Positions 1-8,300 of a stretch of DNA of 40,279 nucleotides are shown piece by piece. The DNA comes from a virus (taxonomy: Duplodnaviria; Caudoviricetes), in IMG/VR virus record IMGVR_UViG_3300027834_000297, positions 1 to 40,279 of that record; one strand, written 5' to 3'. Under the pieces are notes generated by a model, which was given only the letters and a program-made list of their open reading frames with translations, made no database searches and was not told where the DNA came from. The translations under genes and the position numbers were made by a program. Position 1 is the first letter of the stretch, and each line of letters starts with the position of its first letter.

Positions 1-900
1 TCATTTCTTGCGTTTCAAGCTGATCCGCTCACCCAAGTTCAAAACGTGTTCCGCAATATCTAGACCCGTCGGATGACCTGCCCATATCAAGTAATACAGC
101 GGCGCACCTTTTGTGTTGGTGACTAAACTCGGCTTTGCCACCGCTTTAAACACCGTTTTAAGACGGTCTGTGTATAGCCTGAGCAGCCTCTCAGCAGTGT
201 CTTTGCGCTTCTGTGTATCTTCCACACCAAACAGATCAACGTCTGTACTATATGCCCGGTCTTCCCATTCAGGTGTTCCAAAGCAGTTGTCGAGCTGGTC
301 ACGCCATTTTTTTGGAATTTCGCCGTCTCTGGTGATCAGCCGATTGATTGCCATTCCAAGGGGAAAGTTAATAATAACATCCACGCTCTTGGTTTTAGCC
401 AAGGCTTCGATCGTGCTCCAATGCAGGTGAGCGCCGTATGGGTCTAGAAATGCCACACCCTTTCGATTCCATCTGTCAAAGTGCTTCGCCACCTGTACGA
501 CCGAAGTGTTGGCATCTCCGACTCTGACGATCATCTTTCGATCTGGAAAGTCACCTTTCATGTCTTCCAAAAGAGCGACGCGCCGGGGATCTTCATCGAA
601 GAAATAGTAGCGATTGAAGGGGCGGTTCAAACCTAATGCTCGCAGCGGTGAACCTTTTATGTACTCGTCTTGACGCTCTACATCGTCCTCATCGATGACC
701 TCAAAAAGCTCACTCTCTGCCTCTTCGTCGTTGACATTACGGACCCGTGAGAGGCCCGCGCCAGCGAAAGCGTCGATGAATGTTAAATCAAAAGGCTGGT
801 TCTGCATGACCAGCATATAGGCCTGAAGATAGGCTTCTAACGCGTCCAATTTTTGTTTGGCCCATGGGCCGACAGTGTTCTCGGAATGAGATTTCTTCAA
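1..900 (-). CDS. tcmP: Three-Cys-motif partner protein (TcmP family), SAM-dependent methyltransferase-like fold
   Basis: N-terminal GPWAKQKL..L..YL, SAM-binding FIDAFAGAG, FLDPYG, C-terminal PLYYLIWA. TTG start with AAGGA upstream. Adjacent to DUF5131. Confidence 0.85.
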   Translation of the reverse strand: MKKSHSENTVGPWAKQKLDALEAYLQAYMLVMQNQPFDLTFIDAFAGAGLSRVRNVNDEEAESELFEVIDEDDVERQDEYIKGSPLRALGLNRPFNRYYFFDEDPRRVALLEDMKGDFPDRKMIVRVGDANTSVVQVAKHFDRWNRKGVAFLDPYGAHLHWSTIEALAKTKSVDVIINFPLGMAINRLITRDGEIPKKWRDQLDNCFGTPEWEDRAYSTDVDLFGVEDTQKRKDTAERLLRLYTDRLKTVFKAVAKPSLVTNTKGAPLYYLIWAGHPTGLDIAEHVLNLGERISLKRKK

Positions 901-926
901 AATTTATTCCTTGAAAATTAGTGCGT

Positions 927-1685
927 TCAGGCTCGTAGAGCGTCGAATATGGGCTTGGGTACAATCTGCCACGGGAACCCGTTCCACTCTTCTCCTTCAA
1001 GCAACCGACCGCCTGATTTGGGTCTCGGACCACCCCATTGTTTGAAGAAAAACGCGACGGAATCGCGGTCGCAAATATCCCTGATTTCAGTCGCCCACTC
1101 TGGTTCCATAGGACGTGCGCCTGGTCCGCTCTCCCCACCTACTATCGCCCAGGCAATGCCGGTCAAATCAATTTCCCCTATTCGCCCAATCAATGGCTCA
1201 AACGAAATGAAACGCGCTTCAGAGTTGATCTTTTTCAAATGTGCAATGCGTCCATTGTGGGCGCGATCTTCAACGGACACGCCCAGCCAAATGTGACTTG
1301 GAACTTTGCCGCCAGCATAACGTTTCTCTACATATTTCAGCATCAACGAGCTGCGTTTTGTAAGCACTTGATAGACATGCCAATCCGCGCTCTCCATGGC
1401 GTCGAACACCGCATCCACAAAATCGCGATCAATCTCCTTTTGAAACAAATCACTCATGGAATTGACGAAAATCATTTTCGGCTTTTTCCACTTCGCCGGT
1501 TGCACAAGCCTAGAAGGCCACAGTCGAAGATCAAAGCCTTGCTCGTATGGATGGTCTGGAATGCCCCGCCAACGCTCAGCAAATCGCTCTGCATAACAAT
1601 TGTCGCATCCGGGTCCAACCTTGATGCAGCCTGTTACAGGGTTCCAGGTCGCGTCGGTCCATTCGATATCAGAATTCTGTGCCAT
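927..1685 (-). CDS. DUF5131 / phage Gp37-Gp68 family protein (radical-SAM-like, three-Cys motif)
   Basis: IEWTDATWNPVTGC, CxxxxxxCxxC (CIKVGPGCDNC), FVNSMSDLF, QVLTKR, SFEPL, VGGESG, FFFKQWGG. Confidence 0.92.
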   Translation of the reverse strand: MAQNSDIEWTDATWNPVTGCIKVGPGCDNCYAERFAERWRGIPDHPYEQGFDLRLWPSRLVQPAKWKKPKMIFVNSMSDLFQKEIDRDFVDAVFDAMESADWHVYQVLTKRSSLMLKYVEKRYAGGKVPSHIWLGVSVEDRAHNGRIAHLKKINSEARFISFEPLIGRIGEIDLTGIAWAIVGGESGPGARPMEPEWATEIRDICDRDSVAFFFKQWGGPRPKSGGRLLEGEEWNGFPWQIVPKPIFDALRA

Positions 1686-1772
1686 GACTGCTCCATCGTT
1701 TTTCGAGCGATTCTCGCATAGATACTTCTAAATTCATAGCTGCGCATTCGCTGGCCACACACTCTTATGGAT

Positions 1773-2690
1773 TTAGAGTGCCGTGTTTTCAGTTCCCGAG
1801 TTCAGCTCGCAAAGAGCAATACGCGCGTGCTGCAGCCAAAGGGACCACTCCGTTACCGGCTGCAGCGGATCGGTCCATCCCGTAGGCCAACCCATCATCC
1901 AATCGGTGAAGGCAGGGTTTAAGGTCAGGGCGTCGGTTGAGTGCTTCTCCCCATTCAGCAAGATCACTCGGTGCCGGTGGGAAGATTGGAATGGTGCAGG
2001 CGTCCAACCCGCAGCCTTCAGGAAGTCCCACATCAAGGTCCATGCCGACGCGGCATTCTTGATCCCGGTTTGCGATCCCGTCTGATTCAGGTCGTTCTTG
2101 AACTGCACTCCGGCCGGGCTTGCCACGATGCATGCCCGATTGCCCGATCCCTTGAACGTCGGCGTGGGCCAGAATGAAGAGCCTTTCACGGGTGTGCGAC
2201 CCGCCAACTTCCGCCGCTGATACGACGCGCGCTGCAACCCGGTAGCCCATTGACTGAAGGTCGCGCGTGACGTCCTGGAAGCCGAGGGAGAGATGGCCGG
2301 GGACATTCTCAAAGAAGAGCCATTCCGGCGCGATCTCGCCTGCGATCCGCGCGACGTCCGGCCATAGGTGGCGGGGGTCGTCCGCGCCGCGACGCAAGCC
2401 GGAGAGTGTGAAGGGCTGGCAGGGATAACCGGCAGTGAGGATATGAATGCGTCCGCGCCACGGTCGGCCGTCGAAGGATTTGAGATCGTCCCAGACAGGT
2501 GCCGGTGCCAGTGACGCGTCCGCCATCCGGGCCACGAGTGTCGCCGCGGCGAAACTGTTTCGCTCGACATAGCAAACAGTTCGATATCCGGGTTCTGCGA
2601 TATGCAAACCGAGATCGAGTCCTGCGACACCGGCGCAAAGGCTGATGCCGCAAAGTTGGTCATGTTTTGGGGTGGGATGAAGAGCCACAT
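1773..2690 (-). CDS. Alternative-frame polypeptide overlapping the methyltransferase; putative second subunit carrying motif IX
   Basis: 305 codons open across the whole methyltransferase gene. ATG at 2690 shares the same SD. Contains WPTP and LNPAFTDWMMGWPTGWT, which resembles motif IX. Confidence 0.65.
   Translation of the reverse strand: MWLFIPPQNMTNFAASAFAPVSQDSISVCISQNPDIELFAMSSETVSPRRHSWPGWRTRHWHRHLSGTISNPSTADRGADAFISSLPVIPASPSHSPACVAARTTPATYGRTSRGSQARSRRNGSSLRMSPAISPSASRTSRATFSQWATGLQRASYQRRKLAGRTPVKGSSFWPTPTFKGSGNRACIVASPAGVQFKNDLNQTGSQTGIKNAASAWTLMWDFLKAAGWTPAPFQSSHRHRVILLNGEKHSTDALTLNPAFTDWMMGWPTGWTDPLQPVTEWSLWLQHARIALCELNSGTENTAL
1789..2688 (-). CDS. C5-cytosine DNA methyltransferase, catalytic polypeptide
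   Basis: Motif I SLCAGVAG, IV GYPCQPF, VI ENV, VIII HTRERLF, X-like GNGVVP. Motif IX not seen in this frame. GTG start at 2688 behind AAGAGG (ORF track starts at 2706). Confidence 0.88.
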   Translation of the reverse strand: MALHPTPKHDQLCGISLCAGVAGLDLGLHIAEPGYRTVCYVERNSFAAATLVARMADASLAPAPVWDDLKSFDGRPWRGRIHILTAGYPCQPFTLSGLRRGADDPRHLWPDVARIAGEIAPEWLFFENVPGHLSLGFQDVTRDLQSMGYRVAARVVSAAEVGGSHTRERLFILAHADVQGIGQSGMHRGKPGRSAVQERPESDGIANRDQECRVGMDLDVGLPEGCGLDACTIPIFPPAPSDLAEWGEALNRRPDLKPCLHRLDDGLAYGMDRSAAAGNGVVPLAAARAYCSLRAELGN

Positions 2691-2866
2691 AGAACCTCTT
2701 TTCCATCGCGATCTTGTCGCTTGGGGTAAGGGCTCTGTTGTGGCCTCAGGATATTCAGGGATCGGCAGCGCGGGCATTTGATCGTCATTTGCCCCGCAAG
2801 GGCGTCCTCTTCCATTTTGAATAACAGCCTGCGACATTCTGGGCAACGAATTTCATGTTCTTTCAA
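2660..2866 (-). CDS. com: Com family zinc-finger translational regulator
   Basis: EIRCPECRRLLFK...IKCPRCRSLN. Overlaps the start of a DNA-modification gene, as in Mu com-mom. TTG start at 2866 behind GAGG (2881 is an alternative). Confidence 0.85.
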   Translation of the reverse strand: MKEHEIRCPECRRLLFKMEEDALAGQMTIKCPRCRSLNILRPQQSPYPKRQDRDGKEVLCGSSSHPKT

Positions 2867-2883
2867 GTCGAATCGCCTCAATC

Positions 2884-2991
2884 TGGCCGTCCCTTCGAAG
2901 GGTGGAAGCGGCCATAAGGCTTTTGCTGGTCGGCGGGGTCGGTGTTGAGAATTTCGGCCCCGTGTCGAGGGGTGTTAGAGCACCCCTTGGC
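2884..2991. ncRNA. Candidate structured RNA (three hairpins) upstream of com
   Basis: Stems TGGCCG/CGGCCA around CCCTTCGAAGGG, CGGGGTCGG/TCGGCCCCG and GTCGAGGGGTG/CACCCCTTGGC. The G-U pairs work on the plus strand. Confidence 0.45.
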
Positions 2992-2998
2992 CTTCCTT

Positions 2999-3024
2999 AA
3001 AAGGGCGGTTTAAGGCCGCCTTTT
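2999..3024. terminator. Probable bidirectional intrinsic terminator
   Basis: AAAAGGGCGG-TTTAAGG-CCGCCTTTT, with a T-tract on both strands, at the stop of the DUF1353 gene. Confidence 0.55.
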
Positions 3025-3390
3025 GGGCTTCTCAAACCTGAACACCCAACGCCAGAACCGGCGTGCGCGCATGAAACTGTAGCCCAGCCACGTTCGCAGA
3101 GGTGGCGCGTGTTCACTAAGGGCCGCTTCGAACCACTGGCTGTCCGCAAAGGCCTGTCGAAATCCTTTTTCGAGCAGGTAGTCGTGAATCGCGGCGGATT
3201 TCAGGAAGAACGGATCGTCCGGCGAAAACACCCAGTGCAGAAACCACGGAACGGAGCTTTCGAATTCCCATCCCCCGGGCACTCTTAATGTCCAATTGCT
3301 GAACTTTTTTCCAATTGCCCAATTGAGCGGCCGCGTGGTCACATACCCACGCGAACCGCCCTTCCTACACCAAGAGGCAAGGCTCGGCAT
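3010..3390 (-). CDS. DUF1353 domain protein
   Basis: VPGGWEFESSVPW...AAIHDYL...ADSQWFEA pattern; usual position after tail fibre genes. Confidence 0.75.
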   Translation of the reverse strand: MPSLASWCRKGGSRGYVTTRPLNWAIGKKFSNWTLRVPGGWEFESSVPWFLHWVFSPDDPFFLKSAAIHDYLLEKGFRQAFADSQWFEAALSEHAPPLRTWLGYSFMRARRFWRWVFRFEKPKRRP

Positions 3391-3393
3391 CGT

Positions 3394-3798
3394 TTAGAAC
3401 TGCGCGACTAGAGCAATGACTTCTGCTGGGCAGTTGGGCCAGTTCGCATCATCACTTGGGTCCAGAGATGGATCAGCCGCCAGTGTCGCAATGTTTGCGC
3501 GCATCGCACCGACCCAGCCAGTCGCCGCTTCCAATCCGTCAAGCGTGGCGGTTTCCTCGGTTGAACGGGACGCGGCTGTTTTGGCGGAAATCACCGCCAC
3601 AACAGAAGCCATGTTCATTTGTGTTTCTGCGGATGCTTTCGCATAGATGCGGCGACGACATTCGTCACTGATCTTGCCGACGGCAACTATCGTTTCTGCG
3701 GCAGCAATTACCGCCTCTGGGTAGCCAAGAGCCTCGGCTCCTTCGCGGTCAACGTTCAACGTTTTACGACCTTCATGTTCAATGTCAAAATACGTCAT
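3394..3798 (-). CDS. Putative tail fibre assembly/chaperone-like protein
   Basis: GAGG SD, follows fibre-like genes, ends in DDANWP motif. Function inferred from position. Confidence 0.55.
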   Translation of the reverse strand: MTYFDIEHEGRKTLNVDREGAEALGYPEAVIAAAETIVAVGKISDECRRRIYAKASAETQMNMASVVAVISAKTAASRSTEETATLDGLEAATGWVGAMRANIATLAADPSLDPSDDANWPNCPAEVIALVAQF

Positions 3799-3806
3799 AG
3801 TTTACC

Positions 3807-4607
3807 TCAATTCATTAGAAGGGTTGTTCCGAGAACGCCGCCTGTTTGAAGCGTTCCTCCATTAGTCAGGGTAGGCGAGTAGTGCGCGATCAACGCAATT
3901 CCATATGCCGCGTCCACGAGATTTACCGTGTCGATTTCAGTATTATGGACACTGACCGAAACTATGCCCCCGACAAAATTTGAAATAAGCGAAAGAGTGG
4001 CGTCAGAACCGAACACACGAGAATTGTAAAACTCGAAAGCAGATTGAATGCCGTTGAACCATCCAGTGAAACTGTGAGGCACAATCCAAGGCTGCCCAGC
4101 GTCGATCTTCGCGGGGAGTTCGACAAAAACACTTCTGAAAATGATTTTGCACCCGGTATCGGGGCGGATGTATTGGAGAAGATTGTTACCACCAAAAAGC
4201 ACAGCACCGAACTTTAGTCGTGGTTCACCACCGGGCGGTGCTGACCCATCAACACCGAAGAATTCAAGCGTCGTATGCATTTTCATTACGACATAGCCGC
4301 TTGTCTCGAACACTTTTGCCGCTGCCATCTTGACCCGAATGTGACTGCCGATTGGCGCGTCATTAATGATTGCCTGCAAGTCGTTGTATACACCGTCATA
4401 ACCACTGGTCGGCGCAACCTCATCGGGATCAAGCGTCACTTGGAAATACAAACGATGGTCGGCCACCAGATCGAGGTTCGCGGCCAACGCATCATACGCC
4501 GCTTGACGGGTGGCGACATCAGCATCGATGCCGTCCCAAAAACCATTCATGCGCGTGGTCAGCGTGTTCATGGCGTCGGCGGCAGAGTTAAAGTTAGCAA
4601 GGCTCAT
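3807..4607 (-). CDS. Putative tail fibre / receptor-binding protein
   Basis: ATG at 4607 behind AAGGAG; N-terminal coiled coil followed by a beta-rich region. Confidence 0.55.
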   Translation of the reverse strand: MSLANFNSAADAMNTLTTRMNGFWDGIDADVATRQAAYDALAANLDLVADHRLYFQVTLDPDEVAPTSGYDGVYNDLQAIINDAPIGSHIRVKMAAAKVFETSGYVVMKMHTTLEFFGVDGSAPPGGEPRLKFGAVLFGGNNLLQYIRPDTGCKIIFRSVFVELPAKIDAGQPWIVPHSFTGWFNGIQSAFEFYNSRVFGSDATLSLISNFVGGIVSVSVHNTEIDTVNLVDAAYGIALIAHYSPTLTNGGTLQTGGVLGTTLLMN

Positions 4608-4620
4608 TTTATTTCTCCTT

Positions 4621-5313
4621 TTAAGCTGCCTGTAAGGCGCGAATTGCAATGCGCTGATCGAACTGTTCAGCGGCTAATATTGCGTTGGTTTGAAGGTTGA
4701 GAACGGCGTGCTCCAAAAGGTACGCGTCCATGTCGAGAAGAAGCGTGAGTGCCGCTCCAGAGTAGAGATATCGAATGCGGTGATCGTCGCTGGTCTCGTC
4801 GATCTGAACCTCGACAACGTCTCCCTCGACCCATGTCGCGGCGTCTGCCAAAGCTTTTGTCGCAACGATGTTCACCTGTCCTTGGGCATTGACGGCCGCC
4901 AAGACTGCAGCTTGTGCCAACAACACGACTTGTTCTGCTGCAGCGGACTCGGTCGCGGAGCCTGCAGACGCATTCTCGGATGCCAGCGCATTGCCAGCCG
5001 CGGCCTCTGCCGCATTCCGATGCACCAACGCTTCGGGTACAAGGACGTCGGCGGCCATGAGCGGCAGCCAAGCTGTGTTTTCGGAATTGCGGACATTGAA
5101 CGTTGGGTTGCCCGGATCAGACAAATCAAGCCAGTGTCGTCCGGGCCATGTCACGGTGGGTGGCGAACCGCCAGTTGATGTGCCGATCAAGCCGAGAAGT
5201 GTTCCGATGGTACCGCTGGAAAGGCTCACTGAGCCATCCGCCGGTCCGTTCATGAACTGGTCCAGCCGCGCAATATTGGTTTTGAGGTTGTTTACGTCGT
5301 CGGTAAAGCTCAT
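4621..5313 (-). CDS. Putative tail fibre adaptor/shaft protein
   Basis: AAGGAG SD; Ala-rich coiled-coil stretch; directly after the tail tip gene. Confidence 0.55.
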   Translation of the reverse strand: MSFTDDVNNLKTNIARLDQFMNGPADGSVSLSSGTIGTLLGLIGTSTGGSPPTVTWPGRHWLDLSDPGNPTFNVRNSENTAWLPLMAADVLVPEALVHRNAAEAAAGNALASENASAGSATESAAAEQVVLLAQAAVLAAVNAQGQVNIVATKALADAATWVEGDVVEVQIDETSDDHRIRYLYSGAALTLLLDMDAYLLEHAVLNLQTNAILAAEQFDQRIAIRALQAA

Positions 5314-5339
5314 TGATTTTCTCCTTTCCTAAAGGGTGG

Positions 5340-8300
5340 TTATTTGCCCGGAGGGGGCGGTTGATACGGATTGGTGTATGACGTGCCAGGGCCCGTGCCG
5401 ACGCTGTCGATTGCGCGAACTGTCGCTGTTCCTTGCTGCGCATACGGCCAATAAAAACTGTTTGTGGTGACGATTTCGGGCATCGAAAGCCACGGTGCCG
5501 AAATCTGCCAGCTGCTCACATCTGCTTCCGGCGCAACGTCCCAAGTGAACGTAATGCCTAGAAGGATCACGCCCGTTGGCGCTGAAGGAGCCGGGTTGGT
5601 GAGAGGCAACGATGCAGCCGCACCCGGTGATCCTGCGACATCGATGCCCTTCAGGCTGACTTCGCAGGCGCGCCACGGCCCACCAAGGCCGCTCAAGTCA
5701 CCGGCAGACAAGTCAAGTTCCGGTGTAAATCTGCTGATTGTTCCGGCCAGAGCACCGCCGTCGTCGCGCACTTCAAACTGGTAGGAAACCGCACCTACAA
5801 CAACATCGGCCGTCACATGAAGACGTGCGGTGCTGTCATAGTCGCCAGCGGTAGCCTCAGCGAGCCCTGTGGGTGCGGCAAGGCCTCCTGCAATGCCAGA
5901 GATCGGTGCACTCACCCATGGCCCTCTGGTCGCGCTTACAGCGGCAGAACGCACATTGGTGACGCCCACTGGCGCAATCATGCTGATCATCGTCAATGAG
6001 GTTTCAGCTAGAGGAAGCCAGACAATCCCGCCGTCAGTTGAATACTCATGGACGAAGTCCAGCATGGCCACATCAAAGCCTGCAGAAATCGACAATTCGA
6101 CATTGAGCATCGTGTCATTACCCACAGTTTCAAGTGTGGCTGTAAGTCCCGCGATTGCGCCCTCTAGCGAAGAATTTACATCGACCTCGAGATCATGCGC
6201 GCGCGGATCATCGATAAGGCAACTCACAGGCGCGTATCCGTCCCGCTCTTGGCCAACCGATTCAACAATAACGCGCTGATACTTTTCCGTGTCCGGACCA
6301 ATGACGGCCCGAATTGCCTCTTCTCTGGCGGCAGATTGCGGCACCCAATCACGAGGATCAGAACCTGATTCATCAATCACCAACTGCACGTCGTTGGGAT
6401 CAAGGTATATCCGGTCGGTGGGTGTGTCCGGATCGTCTAAGATCACCGCCACCGGACCCCACACCATCCCGTCTGGTGCAGTAAGCGCCAGTCTGGGTGT
6501 GTCGCCAAGCTCTGACTGAAGAATAGGAAACGACAGGTGCACTTCATTCAAAGCAAACTCAACCACTCCGACTGAGAACCCTTTGGTGATCTCGCGGTGA
6601 GCAATTGCGATAGGATCACCGCGGCGCAAAAGCCGGTTTTCGAGCTCCGCTTCAAATTCGACCCGCAATGATCGCACTCTGGATGCGCGCCAGTCATGGG
6701 CCACCTCGCGGGCTAAATGCGCCTTGTTGACGATGCCAAAATATCTCTCGCGCCGTTCTCGTCCGGTCAAAGCACCGACAGAGATTTCATTTGCGCGCCA
6801 TGTGGTTTCGTCCATGAACGGGGCGACGAGTTTTTCAGGGCGTGTGGACACGGAAAGGATCGGGCGCATCACAAAAGAACCGCGCCGGATATTGCGTTCA
6901 CTGAAAAGCTGACGTGGGATCGGAGCAGGTTGATCCCGCCAGATGCGAATAAGCCGGCCGAGTTGATCCGGTTGGGAACGCCCCGTTCTTAAAACTGCCT
7001 GCAACGCTTCCCAAAAGCTCAAACGCTGATCAAAAATGGTGTCAAACTTGTCGCCGCGCACAGTCCACGTTTCGTGCAGAGCAAGTAATTCATCAAGATC
7101 AATGTCATCCAACCGATTATGGCGGCGCAAAATTTCAGCCGCGGCCCAAGCGATCTCACGGGTGGGTTGCGGTGCTGTCCAGGCATCGTTGCTGTAGATT
7201 GGCAGTTTGCGTGTTTTGATCGCACTGACACGCCGTGCATTTTGGGCCGCGATCTGCTCACCAACCTCAACACGCACAGCCAAAACTTCCATATCGCCAT
7301 AGGTGCGGCCCGGTGGCAATATGGCCTTCAGACCGGCCCATGCCGCCTCGTCGAATGTCTCGGCGGCACTTTCGGCGGTCAGGCGTGATACGCGAACCTG
7401 ATAGCGCCCTTTGGGCAGGAACCACCTGTGGCTGCTACGCACGGCTGATCGGCTGGCGGCTGTGAAACTGAGGTCATCAAGCGCAATGACACTACCCAAC
7501 GGATCATCGTTCGCATCGAGCATTTGCGCCTCAACGCGAAGATCAACGGTCGTGTTTTGATCGTTACCGTTTGCGTCGATGTGAACGAGTTGCCGGAACA
7601 CGATATCAATCTCGATGATCTCGGCGAAAATCCCCACGGGCGGCGCGATGTGCCAGCCAACCGGTGTGCCATTTTCCACCGTCTGACCTGCAACATCGGG
7701 TTGCGTGTAAACCTGATCTTCAAACAATGTGACGGGCTGATTGACCGCGACGTGCTGGATTTGAACACCGGGCAAGTTTTCCGTGGCTACCCCATCCTTC
7801 CAAACAGCCACGCTGCCCAGACGAACTTCTTCAAGATCGTGTTCGCCTTCGCCAAGCGACAGGACCTGATAAAGAATTTGGGTATTGCCAGAGTAATTTG
7901 CCCACGCGGGCCCGATGTCATCAAGCAGATGCAAGTGTCGTCCAAACTGGATTGGAACGGGTGCGCCGGGGCGCGCCACGGACGTTTGCGAACCGGCGGT
8001 GAATGTTGGTGAAACGTCCTGGCTAAAATTGGCCACGCCAGAAGGCGATGGGGGTGGCAAAAGTGCACTCACGGCAAGACGGCCGAGAATAGAAACAGCG
8101 CCAAATACGAGCTGACCGCCAAAGGCCGCACTGACACCAAGGGTATTTCCCAAAATGGCACCAACACCAAGTGGGCCCGCAACGAATGCGGCGGCGGCCG
8201 TAATTGCGATCGTCAGAAGAATTCTCAGTGGATCGGACCCACCGCCGCCACGTGGTACCGACTGCACCAAAAGTGTCTCATTGACTGCGAGCTTGCGTGA

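Noticed and set aside
1038-1721. 227-aa plus-strand ORF
   Set aside because: Antisense shadow of DUF5131 with no recognisable motifs.
1823-1829. GCGCG-TG matching the expected target duplication plus terminal TG
   Set aside because: It lies inside the last conserved part of the methyltransferase, and both frames continue normally past it; probably chance.
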